64,000 bases of DNA from the human T2T-CHM13v2.0 reference genome, Homo sapiens, in assembly GCF_009914755.1 (NCBI RefSeq), contig NC_060925.1. The stretch is one strand, 5' to 3'. Shown in pieces: positions 9,416 to 23,944 of this stretch. Below the pieces are notes generated by a model. That model was not told the DNA's origin. It did not search any database and saw only the letters and a program-made list of their open reading frames with translations. Position 1 is the stretch's first letter. Every line of letters begins with the position of its first letter. The translations under genes were made by a program, and so were the position numbers.

Positions 9416-10732
9416 TGTATTTCCACCTCTGCCCTGCCCATCAGAAAAGGTGGCTGATCTCTCCAAGGGAAATGCGTAGAAGGAAGACAGACCTTCAAAC
9501 TCACAGATATGGTGCAGGAGCTATTCATGAGGCTGGGGCAGGAGCGAGCGGGGTGGGGTTGGTGGCACAGATAGTTCAGGCAGTCTGTTTATTCTGCAAG
9601 CATTCAGGTAAGGGTGCTTGTCTGAAGGCAATCGGAGAGCCATCTTCCACGGCTCTTGGGCTCTGGTACTTTTGATTCTACCTCCCATAGCTTTTGTGTT
9701 GTGCGTGTCCTGTCCGGGACTGGTGCCTGTCATTCTGTCTGAAGCCACCTGAAAGATTAAGATTCGTAATGAGACCTCTCCCTCCTCTGCCAGCACTCTC
9801 CTTCTCCCTGCCCACTCCCCCAGGCTCACACTGGGGAGACAGGGAGCTTGGGATGGGTTTGTAAGTATTTGGAGGAAGGGGCAGCAGTAAGGAGAAGAGA
9901 AGGACGAGAAAATTAGTGAGGGAGATAAGGAGCCGGTGCATCAAAATAGCTGCTGGAAGGTGTTGTATCCCTTCGAACATCTGCATGATTTCCCTTCTCA
10001 GTCAGGGATACAATAGAGGTTGTTACTATGGAAACTGGTGTAAAAGCAGCACAGAGAAAGGAGAGGGCTGGATATAAAGAGGAAAGAGTAAAAGGCATAT
10101 ACCACTTTTAAATCATCAAAGAGGAATACTATAGCACTTCCCACCTCCAAGAGGAGGAAATAAGTCACTGAGCCCAGGGAGGGTTGAATACTATGATCAT
10201 GGGAGGGGTCAGAGACTATCGGACACCACCATCCTTTCCCCTGGAAGCCTGTGTGTTGAATCTGTCCACTGCTGTAAGATCGTTAGCCAGAAAAGAACGT
10301 CCAGGCAGTTGAGGGTGGTCAGCTTCATGGTAGATGGCATGCTTGGCTCTGCTCGGCCACGGCCTTTGGGAATGGCCTTGGAGGGAGCAGGCCATTTTTC
10401 TGTGTCACGGTTTCATCACCTGCCTTCCTCAGAGGAATGACGAAGCACCTTGCTCAAGAAAGAAATGCTAGTGCCATTCAAGGCAAAGAAAGGACAGAGC
10501 TTCATGTGCTCTGTGTGCAGAGGGAAAAAATGTGAGCAATTCCAGCTGGTGTCCTCAGCATCATACCCAAGAGGGGCCACGGACCAGGCAGAGGCCAAAG
10601 TCTGTGCGTACCTAGCCAGTTTCACTTTGTTTCAGTGTGGGTATTAGTGGGATGAAATCATTTGCTCAGGCTGAGGAGAGTTTTGACAAGTCATTGGTGT
10701 TTCATGCAGACTCATACACGCAATCCTGTAGA

Positions 10733-11265
10733 CCAGTCTGTCCGATAGAAATATGACGCGAGCCACGATGCAATTTATTTATTTATTATTATTTCTATAG
10801 AGACAGGGTTTCACTTTGTCACCTAGGCTGGAGTGCAGTGAGGCAATCATAGCTCACTGAAGCCTTGAACTCCTGGGCTTTAGCGATCCTCCCACCTCAG
10901 CCTCCCATGTAGCTGGGACTACAGGTGTGAGACATCACACCCAGCTAATTTTTAAATTTTTTGTAGAGATGGCTGGTCTCAAAATCCTGGCCTCAAGCGA
11001 TCTTTCCACCTCGGCCTCCCAAAGCACTGGGATTACAGGCGTGAACCACCTCACCTGACCCACTATGGAATTTACAATATCCTAGTAGTCACATCCAAAA
11101 AGTAAAGAAACAGGTTAAATAAACTTTAATATAATTTCTCTGTCATGTTATTTAACCCTGGTATATCCAAAATATGATCATTTCAACAAAATTAATTCAG
11201 AGATTATTGATGAGATATTTTATACCCTTTCATACTGAATCTTTGAAATCTGGATTTATTATTAT
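10733..11265 (+). mobile_element. MER33-like hAT-Charlie element split by an AluJ
   Basis: ctgtccgatagaaatatgacgcgagccac before the Alu. tcctagtagtcacatccaaaaagtaaagaaacagg...tatatccaaaatatgatcatttcaac after it. Confidence 0.75.
10773..11060 (-). mobile_element. AluJ with ~20-bp internal deletion
   Basis: Antisense Alu with J-type atcatagctcactgaagccttgaactcctgggc. The segment between gagatg and gctggtctc is missing. Confidence 0.93.
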
Positions 11266-11280
11266 GTGTGTTATGTGTAT

Positions 11281-11402
11281 GAGAGAGAGAGAGGGAAAGA
11301 GAGAGAGAGAGAGATAGAAAGAAAGAGGGAGGGAAGGAAGGAGGGAGGAAGGGAGGGCCAAGGAAAGGGAGGGAAAATGGAAAGAAGGAAGGAAGGAAGG
11401 AA
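11281..11402 (+). repeat. (GA)n/(GGAA)n polypurine low-complexity tract
   Basis: About 120 nt, almost entirely purine. Confidence 0.9.
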
Positions 11403-12065
11403 ACAGGTCTCTGGCTCAGGCACTAACTCTAACTACGTGCCTTGCATCACTGTGGGAGCGATAATAACACACACTCACTCTTTGAACAGATGGTCAGCCT
11501 CGAGTACCTCCCTTTACCATTGAACAGTGACCCCTCATCCTCCAACCACAATCCATGGCCGCTGGAATCAGACAAACCCAGCTGAAACCACAGCTCTCTT
11601 TCTGAGTGCCTCTCTCTGAGGGAGTTTCTTAACCTTTCTGAGTTTTCCTCAGCTGTGAGATGGGAATCCTATTTTACAATTGAAGGTAGGTCCCTCAATT
11701 GTTTTGGGGATGGAATAAGAGAATGCCTAAGACCAGGTCTAGCATTGATAAGGGAAGCTCCTTCCTGTCCCTTATCCCAGCTCTAGTTTGCCAGTCTTCC
11801 GCTGAGCACCTAATCTTCTCCAGGCCTCTGTGAGTGAACAAACTAGAATTGTACATTTTTCATGTACTCAGAAAGCCGCTTGAGTAGAAAGGAGACTTCA
11901 AGGACTAAGATTGAGTTTGTTTCACTAATTCACTCCAGGCTGATCACTGGATGTTTCCCCAATTCAGAGAGATACTAATATGCAGCCATTCAGAAAGAGT
12001 CCTTTTGATGACCATGGGTTACATGGTAAGATGTTTAGAGAAGAAAATTAAAATATGTCCTTCCT

Positions 12066-12300
12066 TATAAATAAGATCTAGCATTTGGTAGCACAGTAGG
12101 GTGACTGTAGTTAACAATAATTTATTGTATATTTTAAAGTGGAATTGAAATGTTCCTAGCACGAAGAAATGATAGGTGACGGATACCCCAATTACCCTGA
12201 TGTGATTATTACACATCGTATGCCTATATGAAAACATTGTATGTACCCCGTAAATATAGACAACTATTATGTACCCATAATAATTAAAAATTTAAAAATA
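12066..12300 (+). mobile_element. 5'-truncated L1MA 3' end with residual TSD
   Basis: gcacagtagggtgactgtagttaacaataatttattgtatatttt...taccctgatgtgattattacacat is typical of the L1MA 3' UTR. Flanks aaaatatgtccttcct (12050-12065) and aaaataggtcctttct (12295-12310). Confidence 0.85.
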
Positions 12301-12321
12301 GGTCCTTTCTGTCCTAGAGTG

Positions 12322-12518
12322 GCATTGTCCCATATAGTAGCCACTAAACTCATGGGGCTATTTAAATTTGCATTAATTAAAATTTGAACATTTACTTTCT
12401 CAGAAACACTAGCCACATTTCAGGTGCTCAATGAACACATAAGGCTAGTGGCTACTGATTGGACATTTCAGATATAGAACATTTCTGCATACTAGAAAGT
12501 TCTGTCACCACCGCTCTA
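12322..12518 (-). mobile_element. MER3 hAT-Charlie MITE
   Basis: ctagccacatttcaggtgctcaat...ggctagtggctact...gatatagaacatttc...agaaagttctg matches MER3. Confidence 0.75.
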
Positions 12519-12559
12519 GATTTTTAGTCATTTATTCAATATGCAGCCAAAATAAAACT

Positions 12560-13140
12560 CAGAGACAGCAGGACAGCATGCGTAAGCAGGCCTAAAGTCA
12601 AACTGGGTGGGTTTCATCCTTTCTCCACTTTGGCCATATGTCAACTTAAGTTAGTTTCTTTTTTTCTTTTGAGATGGAGTCTCACTCTGTCATCCAGGCT
12701 GGAGTACAGTGATGCTATCTTGGCTCACCACAACCTCTACCTCCCGGGTTTAAGCGATTCTCCTGCCTCAGCCTCCAGAGCAGTGGGATTACAGGCACCT
12801 GCCACCACACCCGGCTAATTTTTGTATTTTTAGTAGAGACGGGATTTTGCCGTGTTGGCCAGGCTGGCCTCGAACTCCTGACCTCAGGTGATCCTCCCAC
12901 CTCAGCCTCCCAAAGTGCTGGGATTACAGGTGTGTGAGCCACCACGCCCAGCCTTAAGTAAGTTTTTTAACCTCTCTGTGCCTCAGCTTCTCAGTTTCAT
13001 CATCTGCAAAGTGGGAATGATAGTAATATAACTTAATTCAGCAGATTATTATCAGAATCAAGTAAAGGAATGCAAGTAAAGTGCTTATAACACAGCCTGG
13101 CAGGTCGTAAGTGCTTAGTAAATATTAGATATGACTATTC
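12560..13140 (+). mobile_element. MIR interrupted by an AluS
   Basis: MIR core resumes at 12954 (taacctctctgtgcctcag...catctgcaaagtggg) and runs to the MIR 3' end (cagcctggcaggtcgtaagtgcttagtaaatattag). Confidence 0.7.
12655..12953 (-). mobile_element. AluS (Sx/Sz-like)
   Basis: Full dimer. TSD ttaagttagttt / ttaagtaagttt. Confidence 0.95.
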
Positions 13141-13420
13141 ATTATGCCCCATTAACTCTTTTCAAAAACAAGAGAGGGTTAGGATTATACTGAAAGGTGA
13201 AGGTGCCCTCCATTAACCCAAAAGACTTCCTGGAAGAGGTAATCCCTTAAGCTGTGATTCAAAGGACGGAAAGGCATTCTCCATTATTCAATGCATTTGA
13301 TAGGCATTTATTGGTCATTTGTTATATATAAAGCACTGTTGTGGCTGTTGGAGATGCAAAAATGATGACAGAGGGTCCATTCTATCTTGAAGTCCCGTCT
13401 AGAGAAGGAGAAAGCCTACA

Positions 13421-13844
13421 CAGTTGATCCTTGAACAACACAAGTTTGAACTGCACGGTCCACTTATGCATGGATTTTCTTTTGCCTCTGCCACCCCTGA
13501 GATGGCAAGACCAATCCCTCCTCTTCCTCCTCCTCCTCAGCCTACTTGACATGAAGACATCAAGAATGAAGACCTTTAAGATGATCCGCTTCCATGTCAT
13601 GATGAGCAAATATATTTTCTCTTCTTTATGATTTTCTTTTCTCTAACTCACTTTCTCGTGAGAATAGTGTCTAATACCTAGAACATACAAAATGTATGTT
13701 AATCAACTGATTATGTTATCAGCAAGGCTTCTGGTCAACATAGACTATCAGTAGTTAAGTTCTGAGAGAGGCAAAAGTTATATGTGGATTTTCCGCTGTT
13801 AAGGGGTTGGCGCCCCAACCCCCATGTTGTTCAAGGGTCACCTG
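13421..13844 (+). mobile_element. Tigger2a (MER28) TcMar DNA transposon, full length
   Basis: TIRs cagttgatccttgaacaaca (13421-13440) and tgttgttcaagggtcacctg (13825-13844). Internal gcctctgccacccctgaga...cctcctcttcctcctcctcctcagcctact. Confidence 0.9.
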
Positions 13845-14250
13845 CTCTTCCAGGAGTAAGAGCAGTGATGGATTTATGCACAGAGTGGCAGGAGACCCTG
13901 GAGAAGAAGCCCTAGCTCAGCGGGGAGACCAAGGAGGACAATGTGGAAGGGGCAGTCCTGAGTAGACCCTTAAATCCCTGGGAAATGGCAGGCTGTGTGC
14001 AGGCGTGATCAGACCTTCAACAGCACCTAAAGTTACAAGGCCCAGTCTCAGAATCCCCTGGGGATATTCAATCAGCATCTTGATGATTGACAAGATGAGC
14101 TTCAGCCTGTGCCTTTAACACTGCAGGGGCTGAGCCCCTCTAGCAGCATCTCCAACACCACCAGTGGACCAGCAGCCCTGGGGCCTGCCTGGCTTCTGCA
14201 GCTCAAGGCGCAATGGGAAACCACAGATGTCACAAAAATTGGCTCCCTTC

Positions 14251-14582
<332 letters not shown>

Positions 14583-14909
14583 TCAGGGAGATGTGCCCCA
14601 TTATTATTCTGGTCATTGTTGGTTCTTACAAAGTTGAAATTTTAGCATCTCTCACGATGGCTCTTCTAAAAAGACCCCATGTGTTCTTGGGAAGAAAGGG
14701 CAGGCTGAGGCTGCCTTGAGAATCTGGCTGGGTCTGTTGGTCTAGCATTGAGAGGCTGACACGCCAGCCTACTGCCCCCAAGGGCCGGTTTCATATGCAA
14801 GTCAGGCACCGCCAGCCAAGTGGGAAAGGCAGCCCCAGAAGAACATGTTTCTGGTGACTGGGAAGCTTTGAGCAGACCTACAGCCCTGGCATAACGATGA
14901 GCCTCCTGC

Positions 14910-15016
14910 ACAGGCAGCGGCGGCCGACAGCCAGGCAGGAGGAGGGCGGAGGAGCAGCGCACAGCCTCCACCAGAGCATCTGGGGGCTCAAGCCGCCAGA
15001 GAGCCCTGGAGACTAG
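14910..15016 (+). promoter_or_regulatory. Candidate small plus-strand promoter or first exon
   Basis: CpG-containing patch gcagcggcggccgacag, GC box GGGCGG (~14944-14949), donor-like TAG|GTAATG at 15016/15017. Confidence 0.25.
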
Positions 15017-15786
15017 GTAATGGAATTCCTAAACGGATGAAGCACTGAGCTCCAGACCCCTGTCCATGCCCAAGGACGGAAACATTGTATTTCTCCTTGG
15101 GACTTCAGGCTTTCCCCCTGCCTTTTCCTGTTCTTTCCAGCCGTTGCCTGGGCAGGAAGAGGCCTTTCCGAACAGACTTCTTTGTCTTCCACTTGGTCTG
15201 CCCCTCCAGGTCTCATCCGGGACTGTTCTGTGCCTCACAGATCAGAAACACTGTAGGGGTGACCAGCCCTCCAGCACTGTCTGGAACCATCCTTGGTTTT
15301 AGCTCTGAAGGTTCCTGTATCCTGAGAGAGGCCCTCAGGCCTGGGCCAACCTGCACCTTGCCCAGCTGCCCCCTTAGCCCTCAGAGCCAGGTTGAGGTAC
15401 TGCCCAAGCAGCAGTCATGTCAGGATTCTCCTTCCACTTCCAACAAAGAGCTCTTTATGTCTTAGCCAGCAAAGGACAAGGCTAGCATGGGCATTTACCC
15501 CACTGCCTCAGCTGCCTCACCAGGAATGCAGGAGATGCAGATGCACAGATGAGAAAGCTTTGCCTGTCCCAATGCACAGCGATGCCTGACGCTGCCTCAG
15601 AGTACCTGTGCTCTGCCCATCCAGCTTCTGGTCATCCGAGGCCCAGGTCCCAAAGGGGCGTGGGAGGAGATGGTGGGAGAGACAGCTAGGCCCCATGCTG
15701 GACACCTGAGAGGGAGACCCTGGCTTTGTGTTGAGGTAAGTTCGAGAGATCTGAGACTACCCTTGACTGTGGATCGGCAGTAGTAG

Positions 15787-16105
<319 letters not shown>

Positions 16106-16114
16106 TCTGTCATC

Positions 16115-16406
16115 TTTTTTTAGAGACAAGTTCTCGCTCTGTCACCCAGGCTGGAGCACAGTGGTGTGATCACAGATCACTGCAGCCTTGAATTCCTGGG
16201 CTCAAGTGATCCTCCCACCTCAGCCTCCCTGAGCAGCTGGGACTACAGACACACGCCACCACAGCAGGCTAATTTTTAAATTTTTTATAGCGAGAGGGTC
16301 TTGCTGTGTTGCCCAGGCAGGTCTTGAACTCTTGGCCTCAAGCAATCCTCCTGCCTCAACCTCCCAACGTGCTGGGATTAACAGGCAGGAGCCACTATAC
16401 CCGGCC
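16115..16406 (-). mobile_element. AluJ
   Basis: J-type gatcacagatcactgcagccttgaattcctgggctcaag. Confidence 0.93.
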
Positions 16407-16539
16407 AACTCTCTTTGATCTTAAACCAAAGAAATGAGATTTCTCCGAAGCCAGAGTTATAAGTGATGGGGGTCAATTGTGAGGAACTGAATGGATTTAA
16501 CTGTGAATGGTGTAGAACTTATTCTACAGCACACTAAGG

Positions 16540-17330
16540 TCAAATCAGATCTGTATTCTCCTACGCAAACAGTAGGAAATGTGGGAGATTATGTGATACT
16601 GAAAAAAAAAATGGAAAAGGAAAGCAATTCATTTTCTTCACTGTTACAAAACATCACTTTTGTGTGTATAAACCTGGAATCAATTATTCAACTTCCCTTA
16701 TGGATAAAGCATAACTTGTAATAAACAGCAAAGAGGGTTGTTCATTTCACTTAATGATAAATAAAATGATGTTTGACCAATTTGATGAAGACAGTAAGTC
16801 AAACTTAAATGGTCGGGCATTTTATGTTGCTGAAACTACAAATCTTATTAAGAAGCTTTTCACATTTAAAATATGCAAAATGCAAGCAAAATTTAGTAGA
16901 GAAAGTAAAGTTAAATATTTAATGACATAATTAAGTCTTATTAATGGTATGTTCTTTATTTTGCAGATTAAATATTCACAACGATTATCATCTCTTTCAT
17001 CTTTATTACTTAAGCAATGTGTTTTTCATAATTATTTGTTAGGTATTTTCATTAACATTTGATGAATATTAATAGTTAAAATAAAAAACAGTTTTTATTT
17101 CTGTTGTAATGACTTTATGGTGATCATAATATGTAAGTAAGTGTTTATAATGTGCACTACTGGTTAATATTTAGATCACTGATTTTTTTCCACAGAATAG
17201 AAACGTGGATATTTATGGGTGATAAATGGCAATCATCACATTCTTCCATTACTCTTTATTTATTTATTTAATCTACTATTCTTAATGTAGCTTCATTGTG
17301 GGAGACATATGAATTGCAAGCTTACAATGA
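16540..17330 (+). mobile_element. AT-rich ancient DNA-transposon remnant (hAT-like, possibly Blackjack group)
   Basis: Sharp AT-rich island. Frameshifted translation ...FSSLLQNITFVCI/PGIN...SLM... loosely recalls the hAT dimerisation motif. Confidence 0.3.
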
Positions 17331-19065
17331 AGGCTAATAAGTAGAATTTTAGGTTGAGTCCCACTCTTGCATTAATAATGGTTTGCCTCTCTTTTTAGAT
17401 GTACTGATTCATTTCCCATTTTTACCTCATTCCCCTCACGGATTTGGTCCAGCAGAGTTAGATGGCGCTGGTACCTTTTCCCTCCATGACCTTTAAAGCT
17501 TAGACTGATGGCCTCACAGATATTTTTCTTCGGGGACAAAGGATGAGGATTTTCCATCCCGAACAACATGAAGCAAATGCGCATGGATCTCCTGATTTTT
17601 CATTCAGACAGTGATTACAGAGTAAACAGCACTGGGTCAGATCAGCGTGCACGGTCAATGTGGCCTGCATATGGTGACTATCCCTCCCTGCACCGTGTGG
17701 CAGCCACATTGTCCTGACCCACTGGGAAGCTTGTCACTTCCAGAGCGGCCCAGGAGATGCATGTCGACCATCCCCACTTCAGGCTCCCACGTGGCAGGCT
17801 GCAGACCCCTGGCCAGGCTTTTTTTCTGAAACCTTTAGTGGATTTTCCTTGAGGATGACCGACAGAATGATGGTGATGTATTCTAGTCTCATGGTCAGGC
17901 CTGCAATCACATTTCGAAGCAGCCTCCAGATCCCTGCTCAGCATTCTGTGACTGACGCGGGTGGAGGCATTACAGTCCAGACAGAGTCAGTGCTAATCAG
18001 AACAGGATGCCCTTTAGCTTCCTCGGGAAAGCTTTATCTCTTTAGCAGGAGCTATCTGCATTTTTAAAGCCACAGCCTGTTGGAAAGAGCTCCGAACCAC
18101 AAAAATGTACAGCAGGGGTAAGCAGAGTTCCTAGCCATTAACCACCTCCAGGCAGTTAATCATTTCAGTTTAGAAGAACCCACGTTCGCTTCAAGAGCAA
18201 GTATATTCTGTTGGAAACCTACTATGTTGGGCTCTTTCGAAAGCTAGTTCTGATTCTCACAATGCCCTGCTGAGCGGACGGGAGTACCCCGTTGTATGGA
18301 CAAGCAGATGAAGCTCAATGAATTAGTTGACTGTTCTAAGGTCTCATGGTTGATCTTGGGCACAGCTGGGGTTCGAAGCCCGTTCTTTCTGGCTCAGAGT
18401 CCTGTTCTCTTCTCAGCAGGATGTGACGCTACCTCCCCCACTGCCATTTTTCTGTGTGATTATATGGGACCCAAGCTCCAGGTAAATCTGATTGTTAAGA
18501 AAAAGCCCCAATATACACAGAGGCACAAGAAAAAGGAATAGATCTCACCCTGTTGGTGAAGCCAATGCGTGAACCTAATGTGCAGAAAGACACCACTGAC
18601 GTCTTCCCGGGCCCCTGCCTCGCATCCTTGCCTTGCTGACTATTTGGCCCTGGCCTAGAAAATACAGTGCTCATTCTCAGACGTGTATGTGCAAGTGTTT
18701 GTCTCTCCAGCCAAGCTGTCCTCAGGTCCTTAGCCGTCTGCGTGTTCCCCAGCTCTCTACAAACAGCTATCCTGGAATAGCTAAAACTGAGATTTTAATA
18801 ATGTGTGCTTAAAGCATTTATGCTAAAAAAAACTTGCCAGTTCTGGCCATTTCCAGTAACAATATGTGCTCTCATCACTGCTAAGAGTCTGGCAATGAGC
18901 AGATGATGCTACTGAAAGCAAGTGAAGACAGTGAGACAGGGCTCAATCCATGCCATGCCTCTGAGAGCCTAGGAGTCATGGCACAGCGCCAAGAATACCC
19001 CTTCAACATGACAAGCAGGACTCAGTTTCCCCCTTTTGAGCATATCAAGGAAAAACATATGTAAG

Positions 19066-19207
19066 GGCCTGCGCAGTGACTCACGACTGCAATCCCAGCA
19101 CTTTGGGAGGCCGAGGCGGGAGGATTGCTTGAGGCCAGGGTTTGAGACCAGCCTGGGCAGTACAGCTGGACCCTGTCTGTACAAAAAATTTAAAAAAATA
19201 AATAAAA
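19066..19207 (+). mobile_element. FLAM (free left Alu monomer)
   Basis: Single left arm with A tail. TSD aaaaacatatgt (19051-19062) / aaaaacacatgt (19204-19215). Confidence 0.88.
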
Positions 19208-20310
19208 ACACATGTGGACTCAACAAGGACAAATATGGACTCCTTGCACCCTGGGGTGAGCCGGGAGGGGCGATGCAGTCCGCACCAGCCAGGACCGCAC
19301 ACGTGGTGACATCAGGCCTGCCTTCCCTCTCATCTGTAATGTCTCTCCTTGTCCAGCCTGCAATGTGACCATTGTTTATTACCTATTGAGCCCCAGCACC
19401 ATATTTGGCTCTGCAGGCAAGATTGATAGATTCTTGCTGTCACCAGCCGCACTCTGATGGCAGCTTTCCAGGCCTCCTCCTCACCCCTCCCCCAGCCCCA
19501 CTCCACCTTCCAACAACCCCAGAGGCTCAGAGCAGGCCTCCCCACCAGCAAGGCTGGCACAGACCCTTTTGAAGAAGCCGTTTCCAGGAGAGGAAGGAGC
19601 TGAGGATGGATGCCCAGCCGGCCTCCATGCTCAGGAACTGCCCACCCCAGTGAATCGTCTCTGCCCTGGAAGCTGCTGACAGCAGTAGGGGCCTTTCTGG
19701 AACCATCTCCCTCCCAACCTGCCTTGACTCTATGCATCTTCAGAGGAGAGAGGATTTGAGTCTCATAGGCCTGAGATACACAACATTCGGTGGGAGGGGA
19801 AAGCCTGGATGTAAGGGTCAATTATACCGCCTTATGGGGAAAAAAGTATCCAACTCGGAGTCTGGAATGGGAATGACACACAGCTGGAGACCATTTTCAT
19901 CAGGTGACCTAAGGCACGCTGCTCCAGCTTCATGGTGACGTGATTCTGTGTTGGTGCTATGGAACCACTGTGGCTTCAAATAAGGAAGGACACTTTGGAA
20001 AGCTGAAAGGCAGTGAAGTTGAGGGACTGTGTCCCAGTCATGAGACTGAGGTGATGGGTCCTTGTTATGTCACCCACAATCGATGTCACCTTAGGTGTTG
20101 TGCCCTGAAACTCACTAACACCCGTCACCATGTTTACCATGACCAACCCAGGAAATACCTGTTTCATTAACTCAACTGAAGAGGAAGACATTTCGAGAAC
20201 CAAACCTGGAGACTAAGAGCCTGAAATTGCTGATTAATGGGTCAAATCAGCACCTATGGTGTGCCAGGCACTGTGGCATTGTGGCACTGTGGCACTGTGC
20301 CAACCCCTGA

Positions 20311-20775
<465 letters not shown>

Positions 20776-20876
20776 TGACACTAACTACCCGGATTGAGCC
20801 CAGACCCCACAGATTAAGGGCTCAGCCCAACTAAACAGCTCCCATTTCAGATGCCAGCCACAAACAGGGTCCCATG

Positions 20877-21223
20877 TGCTATGGTGTGAATGTCTGTGTT
20901 CTTCTGAAATCCATGTTGATACCTATTCCCCACTGCAATAGTGTTAAGAGGTGGGGTCTTTGTGTGGGGATTGGGTCATGAGGGTGGAGTCCTTATGAAT
21001 AGGACTCTTAGGAAAGAAGCTAGAAGCAGCTCATTCACCCCTTCAGCCATGAGAGGACACATAGAAGCTGCCGTTGTATGAGGAAAAGACCCTCACCAGA
21101 CATTGAATCTGCTGGCACCTTCATCTTGGACTTGCCAGCCTCAGAAGAATGAGCAATATATTTCTGTTGTTTATAAATTACCCAGTCTGAGGTTTTGTAT
21201 AGCAACCCACACAGACAAAAACA
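20877..21223 (+). mobile_element. MLT1A0-like MaLR solo LTR nested in MER21
   Basis: tgctatggtgtgaatg...ccctcaccagacattgaatctgctggcaccttcatcttggacttgccagcctc...agacaaaaaca. Confidence 0.85.
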
Positions 21224-21511
21224 GCAAGCTACTTACACTTCTGCCTAGCCAACCTCACATTCGAGCCCCCATCAGGTTCAGTAATTCACTACAAACACAA
21301 ACCTCAGGAAAATGCTATACTTACATTACAGTTTATTATAAAGGATACAAACGAGCAGCCAGATGAAGAGGTACAGAGGACGAGGTCTGGAAGGTTCTGA
21401 GCACACGAGCCTCTGTCCCCATGGAGGCGGGGCACACCACCCTCCCCGCAGGCAGATATCTTCAGCAACCTGGAAGCTCCTCAAACTCCATGGTTTAGAG
21501 TTGTTTTGGGC

Positions 21512-21853
<342 letters not shown>

Positions 21854-22087
21854 TAGTCATCATTGATTCAATCACTGGCCGTTGGTGGTTGAACGCAACT
21901 CCCAGCCCCCCTCCTCTCTCTGGAGGTAGGGTGGATGATGCTTGGGTAACACCTGTGAGCATCTCATCAGCCTAAACCCAGGTGTACCAAAAAGGCTTAT
22001 TATCAATAACAAAAGGCATTCCCATCATTCAGGACATTCCAAGGGTTTTAGGAGTTCTGTGTCAGGAACCAGGGCAAAGACCAAATC

Positions 22088-22400
22088 ATATATATATAGA
22101 TATATAGATATATACACATACTGGTGTATATATATAGAGATATATACACACACACACATATATATACATAGATATATATATACACACACGTATATATACC
22201 TGTATATATATCTATATATACATATACATATATGTATATGTGTGTATATATACATATATATGTATATACCTATATATAGTATATATATACACGCATATAT
22301 ATGTATATGTATATATATCTTTTATATATATATATATAGGTATATATATATATACCTGTGTGTATATATAATATATATATATATATATCTGTCTCTTTCT

Positions 22401-22440
<40 letters not shown>
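22088..22440. repeat. Compound (TA)n/(CA)n/(TG)n microsatellite, ~350 bp
   Basis: Nearly uninterrupted purine-pyrimidine alternation ending in (TG)~18. Confidence 0.97.
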
Positions 22441-22444
<4 letters not shown>

Positions 22445-23267
22445 CCATAGGTGGCAGAAATGCTACAGAGACCTGAGGCAGGGCTACAGGGTGGCAGAGG
22501 ACTGATTGCTTCTTCCGCTAACTGGGCAGGCTGCACAAGGGAAGGGGCCTGTAGTGAGACCCACTAAGGGAACAGTACCTGCCAAGGTTCCCTATGGCTG
22601 CGGCATCGGGTGCAGTCTACACCTTCCCATCGGTCTGACCTTGGACTGGTTACCCCCACCTCCAAGCCTCAGTCACACCATTTATCAATGGCTCTAACAA
22701 CTGCAACACTTCAGGGTTGTTATGGCGTTTAATGAAACCCTATAAGCCTCCAGACCGTGCCTTGCACACCACGCCTTGCGCATATCAAACACTCCATGAA
22801 TTGAAGCTATGATTATTGGGTGATGATGGTCATGATTAAGGAAAACTTCAGGGGGATAGCGAGAGACTGTGCGTGGCTGAAGCACTAGATATGTAAGTGG
22901 CTTGATTATCTCCTGATCTGTGAGACATCTGCTTACTCAGGCAACCGTACACAGACCACCAGACAACTGGCTCCCAGACGATTGCTTAATGGTCCATGGG
23001 GCAACCTATCCTCCTTCATGCTGAGGGAACCGCAGGGCTCTCCTCCCTGTACCGGCTTCCTAGAGGCCCAGATGTTTTGCCTAGTTTGGCTGGCATGGGG
23101 TCCTAATCTGATCATGCCGTTAATTAGAAAGAGCTTATCTTTGAAACAACAGCCATAAAATAAACCAAAAATATTTTTGAAACAGAGTGAAAGCACTTTG
23201 GATCTAATCAAAACAGGAGGGAGAAGACCAAGTTTTTGTGAAGCTGTCCTCTAGTTTCTGGTGCTTA

Positions 23268-23944
<677 letters not shown>

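Noticed and set aside
21942-22536. Tyr/Ile/His-rich ORFs up to 166 aa
   Set aside because: Artefact of the TA/CA/TG microsatellite lacking stop codons.
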